Source of the DNA: a virus
Taxonomy: Duplodnaviria; Caudoviricetes
DNA length: 64,000 bases
Reading direction: 5' to 3' (one strand)
IMG/VR virus record: IMGVR_UViG_3300003375_000001
Coordinates: 96,001-160,000 of that record
This document shows, in pieces, positions 29,182-38,040 of this stretch. Every line of letters begins with the position of its first letter. Position 1 is the stretch's first letter. The position numbers were made by a program, and so were the translations under genes. The notes below the pieces were generated by a model. It saw only the letters and a program-made list of their open reading frames with translations. It was not told where the DNA came from and did no database searches.

Positions 29182-29841
29182 ATGAAACATCGATTAAACC
29201 TACCAGGATTCGATTCCGACGTATGCTGGACAATAGACAAGACCCTAGAACTCTGCTATGGCCATAGGGTGTGGACGCAAGTTCTTGACGATAGATTTTC
29301 TAATGACCTAAAGTGTGCCTGCCGTCATCTACATGGACACGAAGCAAAGATTCAGGTTTACTTATCTGGATCAGAGCTGAATCCTCAAGGCATGCTGACG
29401 GACTTCCGTCATTTGGAATGGGCCAAGAAGTTGTTCAATAGCCTGATCGATCATCAATTTATTATGCACAAGGAAGACCCCTTGTTGCCTATCATTCTAG
29501 ACACCACTAAACCCGGAAGCTATAAGCCTGAGCCTCAGTTTTTAGATCAAGTGCCTCTAGGTAGCTGGACTACAGCCAGCAAGATGTTCCTAGGTACTAG
29601 AGTACTGTATAACGGAACTAACAACGCGGTAAACGAACTGTTTGACGGACTGTTAGTTGTAGACTTTGTTCCTACATCAGAAAACCTAGCCAAATGGGTT
29701 CACTCTATTGTCAACTTCCGTATGTATTCCTTGCAGGTCGCGTGCACCCGCGTGGACTGGTGGGAGACCCCAAAGAGTAGAAGCTCTCATGTTAATACAG
29801 AGTCAATCGCCTGGAATTCAGAGCCAACCTTTACCCTTTAG
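29182..29841 (+). CDS. queD: 6-carboxy-5,6,7,8-tetrahydropterin synthase
   Basis: K..E.CYGHR, CRHLHGH, DH, PTSENLA, WETP motifs. Confidence 0.9.
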   Translation: MKHRLNLPGFDSDVCWTIDKTLELCYGHRVWTQVLDDRFSNDLKCACRHLHGHEAKIQVYLSGSELNPQGMLTDFRHLEWAKKLFNSLIDHQFIMHKEDPLLPIILDTTKPGSYKPEPQFLDQVPLGSWTTASKMFLGTRVLYNGTNNAVNELFDGLLVVDFVPTSENLAKWVHSIVNFRMYSLQVACTRVDWWETPKSRSSHVNTESIAWNSEPTFTL

Positions 29842-29847
29842 TAGATT

Positions 29848-30399
29848 ATGGAAAACCACACTTTAACCAATGTCGAAAACGTATCTGCACGTATGTCTGA
29901 TACGATTTTTTCTGTCAAAGCCATAGTGCTGAGAGGTCTTCCAGGGTCTGGTAAGTCTACGTTGTCTAACTGGATAGTAGACACGTTGGCCTTGAAGGGG
30001 TTTACTCCGTTTCAGATTAACGCTGACTTTATTAGGTCAGGCCTTAATGCGCATCTGGGTTTTAGCCATGAGGATCGTATTCGTCAAGCAGAGTCTTTAG
30101 GTCATATAGCGAGGCTAGCCTTGTGCAACAAGTGTCTGCCCGTTGTTGACTTTGTTATGCCTACTGAGGAAACATTACACGCATTTACTAAAGGCTTCGG
30201 TACTGACAACTTCATGGTAGTGTCCATGCGCCCTTACCACGCCACAGACAAAGACAGATATGGGGATACGTCCGCTATATTCGAGGACGACGTTTCTAGC
30301 AGTTGGTACATATCTGACGACAACTGCCTTGAGCTATTCAAGTACAACTTCCAGCGTTACCCTGCCGACTTCTTTGTTCAACACCAATCACAAAATTAA
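29848..30399 (+). CDS. adenylylsulfate (APS) kinase-like P-loop kinase
   Basis: GLPGSGKSTL, NADFIRSGLN..LGFSHEDRIRQAE.LG matches the CysC pattern. Confidence 0.75.
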   Translation: MENHTLTNVENVSARMSDTIFSVKAIVLRGLPGSGKSTLSNWIVDTLALKGFTPFQINADFIRSGLNAHLGFSHEDRIRQAESLGHIARLALCNKCLPVVDFVMPTEETLHAFTKGFGTDNFMVVSMRPYHATDKDRYGDTSAIFEDDVSSSWYISDDNCLELFKYNFQRYPADFFVQHQSQN

Positions 30400-30400
30400 C

Positions 30401-30835
30401 ATGACAAACTTAACTCGCAATAATCCTCGCATTTGGGTGACCTTTCAGCTTGAAGGCTTCCACAGGTACCCTGACGCACCGGACCAAGTAGCCTACTTGC
30501 GAAATGAACATCGACACATGTTCAACTTCAAGGTGACGTTGGAAGTCACACATGACAACCGTGAAGTTGAATTCCACATGTTTAGGTCAGAACTGATTAG
30601 TCTGTTTGGTAAGAACACCTTACAGATAGATCACAAGTCTTGCGAAATGCTAGCCGCCGACGTAATGAACTACCTGGATATGGCGTATTCAGGGCGCTTT
30701 GCTGAGGTAGAGGTATCAGAAGACGGAGAATGTGGTGCTGTGTTAACACGCCCTAACGTAGAAGACGTGCGTGACGTGGTGAACGACATGCTGGCAGAAC
30801 ACCGTAGGAACTCTCATGATTCATTCGGAGCGTGA
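30401..30835 (+). CDS. second QueD-like T-fold protein (candidate DpdL-type enzyme)
   Basis: EGFHRYP, HRHMFNFKV, REVEFH, SCEMLA, EVSEDGECG; His-rich T-fold pattern distinct from the canonical QueD. Confidence 0.6.
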   Translation: MTNLTRNNPRIWVTFQLEGFHRYPDAPDQVAYLRNEHRHMFNFKVTLEVTHDNREVEFHMFRSELISLFGKNTLQIDHKSCEMLAADVMNYLDMAYSGRFAEVEVSEDGECGAVLTRPNVEDVRDVVNDMLAEHRRNSHDSFGA

Positions 30836-32216
30836 ATACCATCAAGGCAAATCGCGCTTGGTATTTGCCGGACAAGAGTCACTTAACGGCTATTATCAAA
30901 TAGCCGTTAAGTTTGAAAAGAACAAAAACACGCAGACACTAGTTAGCCGAAACCCCAAGGTGCTAGAGATAAGGCTGCCTGATAGGACTGTGTACGTGTC
31001 GGGCAAGTCATCAAAAAGGTCTACAGTCCTTGATAGAGACGTTGATCTTATAGTGTCTACTAAACGGGACTTGAACCAGCATAAGGAAATGGGGACTGAC
31101 ATGCTTCTGTTCAATCCCATCCATGCGCCTCTTGCTATGGACACCCGTTCATACTTGCGTGAAGGCATAGACGTACTGGTCGACTCTGGAGGGTTTCAGC
31201 TAGCGCAAGGTACGTCAGACTTTGTGTCCCCATTGGAGACCGCTCAGTTCTACACTAAACATGCGTCAATAGGCATGGGGCTAGACTTCCCCTCTCCAGG
31301 TTTTATAGACAAGGCTCTATACGTGGAGAACTGTAGACTACAGGCCCTTAACAACGATTACATCCGTAGAAACATTCCTGACACCGTTAGTATGGCCCCC
31401 GTTGTTCACGGGGTTTCGCCTTTTACGCGCAAGCATTGCCTAGACACAGTTTTTAAGAAAGGCCGTGACAAGGCAATGGCACTCGCGGGCCTTATATCAA
31501 AAAGAACAGACTCGCCAGAGGCATTCAAACAGAGATTCGCGTGCATGGCTATGGTTCTAAATGAAACACGTCAGGACGTCATCTACTATCACGCTCTGGG
31601 AGCAACATCCCCTTGGATGCTGGCGTTGTACGCGCTGCTAACGAAGTCTAACTACGTGGTATCAATTGGTGGAGACTCCGTTAGTCACAGGCAGAATGCT
31701 ATCGGTGGGTCTTACAAGATACTACCGTACTTCAACGGTCCTGTCACCTTAACTCAACCGGTTACAACCAATACGCCTGCCCGACTCCCTTGTAGCTGCC
31801 CCGCGTGTGTAGCCGTAGGGGACGCTCGCATCTTGAGAGACTTTCGCATATCAGAGCTTCATCACTTGTATATGGCTAGTCATCAGAAGGTGTCCATAGA
31901 CAATTGCATTGACGCTTATATAAAGGGTCGGGTGTCGCGTGGGGAGATGTGGAAGTTTGTTATGGGCGATTCCAACCAAGGTTTCCGTACATTACCAAAC
32001 ATGGTATTCGACTACTTTGAGGCTGTGTTATCAAAGGGGTATGACAACGTGCCTAAGCTAGCGCCCTTTAAGGGGTACAGTGCGCGAGGCTCTTTATTTG
32101 GCTCGGCGGCTAGTACCAGTAAGCAAAAAAGCATCTTTGACAGATATCATGCCATTCACGCAGTTTACGAAAAGTTTCATGGCGTGTCCTTAAAGACTGG
32201 AAAGAAACTTGCATGA
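30816..32216 (+). CDS. dpdA: DpdA-like DNA guanine transglycosylase (TGT fold)
   Basis: VDSGGFQ, GLDFP, PVVHG, YHALG, DSVSH, CSCPAC..H zinc site; clustered with queD/queE/folE. Confidence 0.8.
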   Translation: MIHSEREYHQGKSRLVFAGQESLNGYYQIAVKFEKNKNTQTLVSRNPKVLEIRLPDRTVYVSGKSSKRSTVLDRDVDLIVSTKRDLNQHKEMGTDMLLFNPIHAPLAMDTRSYLREGIDVLVDSGGFQLAQGTSDFVSPLETAQFYTKHASIGMGLDFPSPGFIDKALYVENCRLQALNNDYIRRNIPDTVSMAPVVHGVSPFTRKHCLDTVFKKGRDKAMALAGLISKRTDSPEAFKQRFACMAMVLNETRQDVIYYHALGATSPWMLALYALLTKSNYVVSIGGDSVSHRQNAIGGSYKILPYFNGPVTLTQPVTTNTPARLPCSCPACVAVGDARILRDFRISELHHLYMASHQKVSIDNCIDAYIKGRVSRGEMWKFVMGDSNQGFRTLPNMVFDYFEAVLSKGYDNVPKLAPFKGYSARGSLFGSAASTSKQKSIFDRYHAIHAVYEKFHGVSLKTGKKLA

Positions 32217-32659
32217 CCACTGACATAAGAATAAGGGGTAAGGCATACAAAGACGTAGGCGGTCTTGTATTCTTTCCTGACAAGCATAACAGGCAACTAT
32301 GGGAAAGCGCCGGCTACTCAGTTTACCCCAGAATAGAATCTTGGATAACTGCTGGTTGCCCCGACAAGTCTGTTGTACATGACTACGCTGGGGTATTGGT
32401 TGATACAAGCATACCCATTGTAGACTCTGTGTATAGACACGGTATATACCACAAGGTTCAGAACTTCGTCTACAAAGGGTTACCTGCAACAGTCTACTCC
32501 ATTCGACCACTTGCTAAAGAGGCAAAGATGTACTCTAAGTTTGAAATGGAAATTCTTGACAATCACGGCGTCACCATGGTTGACGCAGAAGTATCCAAGG
32601 CGTCTTCCGGTCATGGTAAGATGACACGGGGCGGTTCACACAGAAAGGCCAAGAAATGA
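32213..32659 (+). CDS. hypothetical protein in the modification cluster
   Basis: ATGA-coupled to dpdA. Confidence 0.7.
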   Translation: MTTDIRIRGKAYKDVGGLVFFPDKHNRQLWESAGYSVYPRIESWITAGCPDKSVVHDYAGVLVDTSIPIVDSVYRHGIYHKVQNFVYKGLPATVYSIRPLAKEAKMYSKFEMEILDNHGVTMVDAEVSKASSGHGKMTRGGSHRKAKK

Positions 32660-33441
32660 AAGTTTGCTTTGTCTTAAGAAATGCTCCCGATTGGCATGGC
32701 CTGTCAAAATTATATGACAAGAACGGATACGTAGACCCTTCTTTATATCTTCCCCGTGACAAAGTCCCTTGTTTTCCTAAAAATGTTCCTCATTTTATAG
32801 ACGTTTGGAACGACACCCTTCCTGTAAGTTACTTTAAGTTCAGGTCCGTCCTGTCCGACGTGTCTAGGGCCTATGTTAAGGCTACAGGCTGTCCTTCCTT
32901 CTCTATAAGTTGCATACCCAACGACACAAATACGCTGGTTTACTTTCATGATGACGATGATCTTTTTTCATCAGAAATAACAGGCCTCACTCTACCTGAC
33001 GGTTATGACGTAACAGTAACGCCTCTCCTTCGTATAGACCCCAACAACTACTTCTTATTTTCGGCTGTACCTGTTACTTGTGGCATAGAGGTAAAGGCGA
33101 ATACCTATAGGTATAACACCAATAACTACGGAATACGGGCGTCCGTAATAGCGGATGCGCCAGGTCCTCGGGCCTACGAGGACCATATTAGAGCCTCTAC
33201 CTATGCTAAGACGGCTCTGTTAAAAGACAGTTGGTGTAACACAGTAGTTAGCGCAACCATCAAAACTCCAGCCAGCGCGTCTATCCTACCAAGAAGCTGT
33301 AAGTCACCAGAATCTCTTATAAAACAACTGTCTAAGTTTGACGTACTCTTAGGAAGTCTTTTGACTGAGCCTTTACATTCTAGCCTAGTCAAAAGTCTAA
33401 CCGAACTCCGAGTATTAACTTCGGATGCTCTTTCCAAGTAG
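32656..33441 (+). CDS. putative GT-A-like glycosyltransferase
   Basis: YFHDDDDLF (DxD-type) motif after a beta strand; family assignment tentative. Confidence 0.45.
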   Translation: MKVCFVLRNAPDWHGLSKLYDKNGYVDPSLYLPRDKVPCFPKNVPHFIDVWNDTLPVSYFKFRSVLSDVSRAYVKATGCPSFSISCIPNDTNTLVYFHDDDDLFSSEITGLTLPDGYDVTVTPLLRIDPNNYFLFSAVPVTCGIEVKANTYRYNTNNYGIRASVIADAPGPRAYEDHIRASTYAKTALLKDSWCNTVVSATIKTPASASILPRSCKSPESLIKQLSKFDVLLGSLLTEPLHSSLVKSLTELRVLTSDALSK

Positions 33442-33447
33442 GTAACC

Positions 33448-34128
33448 ATGAAAAACATACTCATCCTGTCTATGCCTCGTACCCGTAGTACCTTGCTGTA
33501 TAAGGCTATATGTCAGAAAAATCCCGAGTACTACCGTTTCTACGAGCCAGGACTCGGGTATAACTGGGGTAAGTTACAGCCTAGAGAGGCTGCGGCTTTG
33601 AACGAAGCAGAAATGACGAACGTGGATAAGGCCCTAGCTTCGGGTAAGGGGACAATCGTTAAGCTCCTGCCCGCAGGTCCTTACTACCAGATATCACCAG
33701 GCCGTCTCCTAGAATGGAGTCAAGCATTCGACACCGTGTACGTCCTCAATCGGGACTTCAAGGACATTGCTAAGTCTTTTATCATAGCTAGCTCTACCAA
33801 TGTCTTTGTTGCCGATGAGGACAATCGAATAGCCCCTCGCACCACAGTGGCCTACAACCCCTTTGTTCATGAAAAGATTATATGGGAGCTGGCCTATGGC
33901 CGACAGAACCTCGACTACTGGGGAACAATTCTGACTGATAAACCACGCAACGGTAAGACCAAGTATGTAACGGAGATTGAGTATGACCATGTGTTACGCT
34001 ACATGGAGAGTCATGGTCTGAATACACAGGCTACCGAGGCTCAGACTGAGGTAAACTTTATAGACAGCGACGAGTTTACCTCACACGTTGCTTACGCCTC
34101 TAGGCTATACAACGAAAGCTTAGTATGA
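33448..34128 (+). CDS. sulfotransferase-like protein
   Basis: N-terminal ILILSMPRTRSTLL (PAPS-binding loop like PRTGST) followed by FYEP. Confidence 0.65.
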   Translation: MKNILILSMPRTRSTLLYKAICQKNPEYYRFYEPGLGYNWGKLQPREAAALNEAEMTNVDKALASGKGTIVKLLPAGPYYQISPGRLLEWSQAFDTVYVLNRDFKDIAKSFIIASSTNVFVADEDNRIAPRTTVAYNPFVHEKIIWELAYGRQNLDYWGTILTDKPRNGKTKYVTEIEYDHVLRYMESHGLNTQATEAQTEVNFIDSDEFTSHVAYASRLYNESLV

Positions 34129-35219
34129 AACGAGTTCTATTCATAACGGCTACACCATTTACTCCGGCCAACCAAGGCAATTCTCAAAGAGCCTTGCAAA
34201 TGCTTGAGATATATAAGCAACTCGGTTACTCTGTTACCGTTCTATATCACGAAGCGGAAAGGCCCTTCGACTTTAACGATAGGGACGACACTAAGGACAC
34301 GGTAGACATTCTTAGAGTGGTTACTACAAATACAGACAAGTCCTCATTCCTTGATCCTATAACGCACCAGGCCAATCCGGATGACTGGTTTGACGGGTAT
34401 TTATTACTGAAGTCGGAAATCGAACTTCAAAGAAGCCTTTACCATTTTGACGTGGTGCACGTAAACTACGTTTGGTATTCTAAGGCGTTTGAATACTTTC
34501 CAAACTCCTTAAAGGTGATTGACACCCACGACGTGTTCTCCAATAGAGACAAGGTATTTACTAAAGCTGGACTGAAACCAGAATGGTTCTCTACTTCTAT
34601 AGACGCAGAGCGTGAGGCTCTTCTTAGAGCTGATATGGTGCTGGCTATATCTACGGAAGACGCACGCGAGTTTTTGTGTCTAGGTGTAGTACCTACCTAC
34701 CTGCCATACTACAGAGAGCCTTGCAGGAGAAAGCCAGAGGTAGGTTACATAGCAGCGGACAATGACTTTAATAGGCTCGCAGTTAGACACCTGTTGCTCT
34801 CTTTCTCGCAACTCACACACCGCAACTTTATTTTGAACATCGCAGGCTCTATCTGCAAGTATGCAGAGAGCCTACGGGTACTGGGTCTGGCTGACAATGA
34901 GGTTGTTTACTCCGGCTATGTGAAACACCTTGACGAGTTCTACTCTAGTATTGACCTTGCTGTTAATCCAGCTAAAGCAGGCACCGGTTTAAAGATAAAG
35001 ACCATAGAGGCTATGATGTATGGCGTGCCGGTTGTAACTACTAGCGCAGGTAGTACTTCAGCCTTAGATAATTGTCATTCCAGATCCGTTACTGTAGTTA
35101 AGGACACTGACGAACTAGTGAGAGCCTGCCAAAGCCGTTTCGAAATAGAGGGGATACGACCGTATGTGAACGACTACCTCAAGTCCCTTAGCTTTTTTCA
35201 AGCCCAACTAAAATCATGA
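34125..35219 (+). CDS. GT4 (GT-B) glycosyltransferase
   Basis: IDTHDV, AIS.ED, GYV..LDEFY, GTGLKIKTIEAMMYGVPVVTT. Confidence 0.85.
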   Translation: MKRVLFITATPFTPANQGNSQRALQMLEIYKQLGYSVTVLYHEAERPFDFNDRDDTKDTVDILRVVTTNTDKSSFLDPITHQANPDDWFDGYLLLKSEIELQRSLYHFDVVHVNYVWYSKAFEYFPNSLKVIDTHDVFSNRDKVFTKAGLKPEWFSTSIDAEREALLRADMVLAISTEDAREFLCLGVVPTYLPYYREPCRRKPEVGYIAADNDFNRLAVRHLLLSFSQLTHRNFILNIAGSICKYAESLRVLGLADNEVVYSGYVKHLDEFYSSIDLAVNPAKAGTGLKIKTIEAMMYGVPVVTTSAGSTSALDNCHSRSVTVVKDTDELVRACQSRFEIEGIRPYVNDYLKSLSFFQAQLKS

Positions 35220-35920
35220 CCAAGACTATCAAAATCTACCAGATGGAGTCCACAAGTAAGTGCTCCGCTACGTGCTCCTTTTGTCCTCATCCTACTATGG
35301 AGAGAACGAAAGAGCATATGGACTTACACTTGTTCAAACGAGCTATCGATGTGATGGAGAACGACTATCTCGCTCTACATCACTTTGGTGAGCCTCTTCT
35401 GCACCCTAACCTACCAGACATGATATGGTATGCCAAAGAGAAAGGTAAACGTGTTGAATTCAGCACGAACGGGAAAGGTTTGAATAATCAGAAAGACGGC
35501 GACGACTACCTCCGTCGCGTTCTGGCTGCCGAACCTCATCGTATGCGTATTGCTTATGACTTCTTTCAACCGGATGAGTTTGTCAAAAAAGCTCTAACGC
35601 TTAACGTGTCAACCATTATTACTATGCACGCGGTAACGAAAGGCATACTCCTAGACTACAAGCCTCTCAACAACTGGGCTAATCAAATGCCTGAGCTTGG
35701 AGAGTCAGAGATAAAAGGTGAATGCTACTTCTTGAAGTACAACTACTACGCTGTAATGGCTAGTGGAAATGTAGTCCCCTGCTGCCAGGACTACGAAGGC
35801 AAACATGTGATTGGTCACATCGACGACTTGGATAACCTCAAGCCCCAAAAATCTTACACCCTGTGCAAAGGTTGCTCGGGCATGCAGTTTGCCAAGGACG
35901 GAGGCTGGGTTGCAGAATGA
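35216..35920 (+). CDS. radical SAM protein with SPASM/twitch-like C-terminus
   Basis: CSATCSFC, HHFGEPLLHP, STNG, PCCQD...CKGC. Confidence 0.88.
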   Translation: MTKTIKIYQMESTSKCSATCSFCPHPTMERTKEHMDLHLFKRAIDVMENDYLALHHFGEPLLHPNLPDMIWYAKEKGKRVEFSTNGKGLNNQKDGDDYLRRVLAAEPHRMRIAYDFFQPDEFVKKALTLNVSTIITMHAVTKGILLDYKPLNNWANQMPELGESEIKGECYFLKYNYYAVMASGNVVPCCQDYEGKHVIGHIDDLDNLKPQKSYTLCKGCSGMQFAKDGGWVAE

Positions 35921-36636
35921 CTACAAAAACCTTTACCATAGTAGCACCTCACGTCGATGACGAGGTAATAGGATGCTATAGCCTTCTTGACGCTGGTCTA
36001 GTGTCTGAAGTAATATACCTGTATGAAGTAGACGAGGTGCGAAAGTCTGAGGCTCTTGCTTGCGCTAAGAGGTTCGGGTTTAAAGCTACCATAGCTGGCG
36101 TTGACTACCCCGAGTCGGAGTTACAGGCCTACTTAAGAAAAGACGTAGCGCGTAGTATAGTTTTGCCTTCAGCTTATGACAGCCATCCTGACCATAAGAA
36201 GGCGAATGCAAAGTTTAGGCCTATTGACGACTTTTCCTATACGTCTTACTACGGGGTGGACATGAGCACTCCTAATACTACGGTACTATCGGTTGAGACT
36301 CGTGACAAAAAGAGACATGACCTTTACACCCTCTTCCCCTCACAGGCCTCGTTGTTTAATAGCAGTGATAAGTATCATCTGTTCGAAGACATGAGGAACC
36401 ACGACTGCACTTTCTATAGAAATTATGGGTGGACTAATAGAAATAACACTAAGATCGTCCTGAGTAGCTTTGGTGAAAGGGGCTTCCCTCCTAGTCTCGA
36501 ATGGTGCTTCCATGCTATTGATAACGTTGGTGCTCACAACATAGAGCTAATAGCTGATCGTATCCGCTCCCTGTACCCTAAGCTAGGGGTTAAGGTGACT
36601 GTTAACGAGTCTCACTCTGTTAGTATACCTATCTAG
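35917..36636 (+). CDS. PIG-L/LmbE family de-N-acetylase
   Basis: VAPHVDDEVIG and HPDH motifs; ATG 35917 overlaps the upstream stop. Confidence 0.8.
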   Translation: MTTKTFTIVAPHVDDEVIGCYSLLDAGLVSEVIYLYEVDEVRKSEALACAKRFGFKATIAGVDYPESELQAYLRKDVARSIVLPSAYDSHPDHKKANAKFRPIDDFSYTSYYGVDMSTPNTTVLSVETRDKKRHDLYTLFPSQASLFNSSDKYHLFEDMRNHDCTFYRNYGWTNRNNTKIVLSSFGERGFPPSLEWCFHAIDNVGAHNIELIADRIRSLYPKLGVKVTVNESHSVSIPI

Positions 36637-36644
36637 GACACGTA

Positions 36645-36842
36645 ATGACTTTGAGCCAACAGCCCTCTGCGGAAGAATTACTGTCAATACTCTACCACTC
36701 GCTGCCAGACATTCTCCCTGCCGTTGTAGTAGACAGATTCAATAGAACAGGTGTCTGGGCTGAAGGCAGCCATTACGCTAAAAGAGGTTTTACCTCAAAG
36801 GTAGTATACCGACTTGACGATGATATTCACATAGTCCTGTAA
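36645..36842 (+). CDS. hypothetical protein
   Basis: AGGA RBS. Confidence 0.5.
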   Translation: MTLSQQPSAEELLSILYHSLPDILPAVVVDRFNRTGVWAEGSHYAKRGFTSKVVYRLDDDIHIVL

Positions 36843-36897
36843 GTCATGGATAGCGCAAACAAACTCTTCACACAGGCTAAGCCTAAGGAAACTCACC

Positions 36898-36975
36898 ATG
36901 AACCTAGTTAAACAGCCACTCCCCTTGTACCTTGTACCCTTGGAGCCTATAGCGTCTAAAATCTTGTACCGTTAG
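36898..36975 (+). pseudogene. stranded 5' end of the glycosyltransferase gene (MNLVKQPLPLYLVPLEPIAS-KILYR*)
   Basis: Strong RBS AAGGAAACTCACC-ATG; LYLVPLEPIAS matches LFLVTLEPIAS at the start of 37987-39147. Confidence 0.75.
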
Positions 36976-38040
36976 AACCTCTCATTTTTATTCAGGATAA
37001 ACTACACCTGACGAAAATGCCTAAAATCATATGGACTGACGAAAAGATTAAAACTGAATTTTACAGTGCTTGGAAAAATGCGTGTGTAATACTAAATAAG
37101 GGCACTAAGGGCAAGGCTTCCCGCTTAAAAATTAAGTGTACGCATCATGGTATATTTGAAAGCACTGTAACCAACGCTATTCGTAAAGGCTGCCCTCACT
37201 GCGCGGGCCTTACCAACTATTTATGGTCTGATGAAAGAAAACAAAAGGCCAGCCATAGACAAAAAGGTGAGCCTAAGCGTAAGGGGAGAAATAACCCCTT
37301 AACTCTTACTTTAGAAGAAGTTAAAAACAAGATAGTTAGTCTGCATGGTAATAGATACGACTTGTCTTTCATAAAAGACCCTTTCCCGCCTAATAACAAA
37401 TTTACCTTAGTATGTTCTACTCACGGTAAATTTGTCAAACATCGCACAGACATCCTGTATAACGCTAAAACAGGCTGTCCAAAATGTAAAGGTGGGAAGC
37501 TGTTAACGTCTATAGAGGTTAAGAAAAGGTTGAAGGCTACGCAGCCTAAATGGATAAGTTATTCAAAGCTAGAGTACAGTAGAGAAGGCTTTACCATAAC
37601 ATGCAAGCTCCACGGCGATAGCATAGTAAAGCCAAGTAGAATCTATTCTAAAGGCTACGTTTGCAAGCAGTGTAACGTTAAGAGAGTTAGAGACTTAAAG
37701 GTTGCAAGTGGTTTATACCTTGACCCGAAACTAAAATCAGCCTTTGCCGTATACAGGCAAGAAGTTAGAAGACTTTCCGATAAAACGTTTAAACTTCACT
37801 TCGATAAGGACACCCGGACTAAAGACGTTCACTTAGACCACGTATATTCTATAAGATCGGGATTTGACAATGAAGTCCCACCTGAGGTTATAGCTAGTTT
37901 ACCTAACCTTAGACTTCTGTCCAGAACAGATAACCAGAGTAAACGAGATAAGTGTGACATTTCACTAAAAACCTTGTATAAGTTATATGCAAAGACCAAA
38001 AACTAAACTTTTTCTAGTTACTCTTGAACCTATAGCGTCT
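36958..38040 (+). mobile_element. free-standing HNH homing endonuclease insertion carrying a replacement 5' end for its target gene
   Basis: Bounded by a 12-nt direct repeat CCTATAGCGTCT (36946-36957 and 38029-38040); visibly more A-rich than its flanks. Confidence 0.7.
37017..38006 (+). CDS. HNH homing endonuclease with three Zn-finger repeats
   Basis: C..HG.F...GCP.C-type repeats x3; HLDHVYS...NLRLLSRTDNQSK HNH core. Confidence 0.85.
   Translation: MPKIIWTDEKIKTEFYSAWKNACVILNKGTKGKASRLKIKCTHHGIFESTVTNAIRKGCPHCAGLTNYLWSDERKQKASHRQKGEPKRKGRNNPLTLTLEEVKNKIVSLHGNRYDLSFIKDPFPPNNKFTLVCSTHGKFVKHRTDILYNAKTGCPKCKGGKLLTSIEVKKRLKATQPKWISYSKLEYSREGFTITCKLHGDSIVKPSRIYSKGYVCKQCNVKRVRDLKVASGLYLDPKLKSAFAVYRQEVRRLSDKTFKLHFDKDTRTKDVHLDHVYSIRSGFDNEVPPEVIASLPNLRLLSRTDNQSKRDKCDISLKTLYKLYAKTKN

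Noticed and set aside
36958-38040. Group I intron interrupting the glycosyltransferase
   Set aside because: Only about 60 nt precede the HNH ORF, which runs into the downstream copy of the gene start; there is no room for a catalytic core, and the N-terminus is duplicated instead
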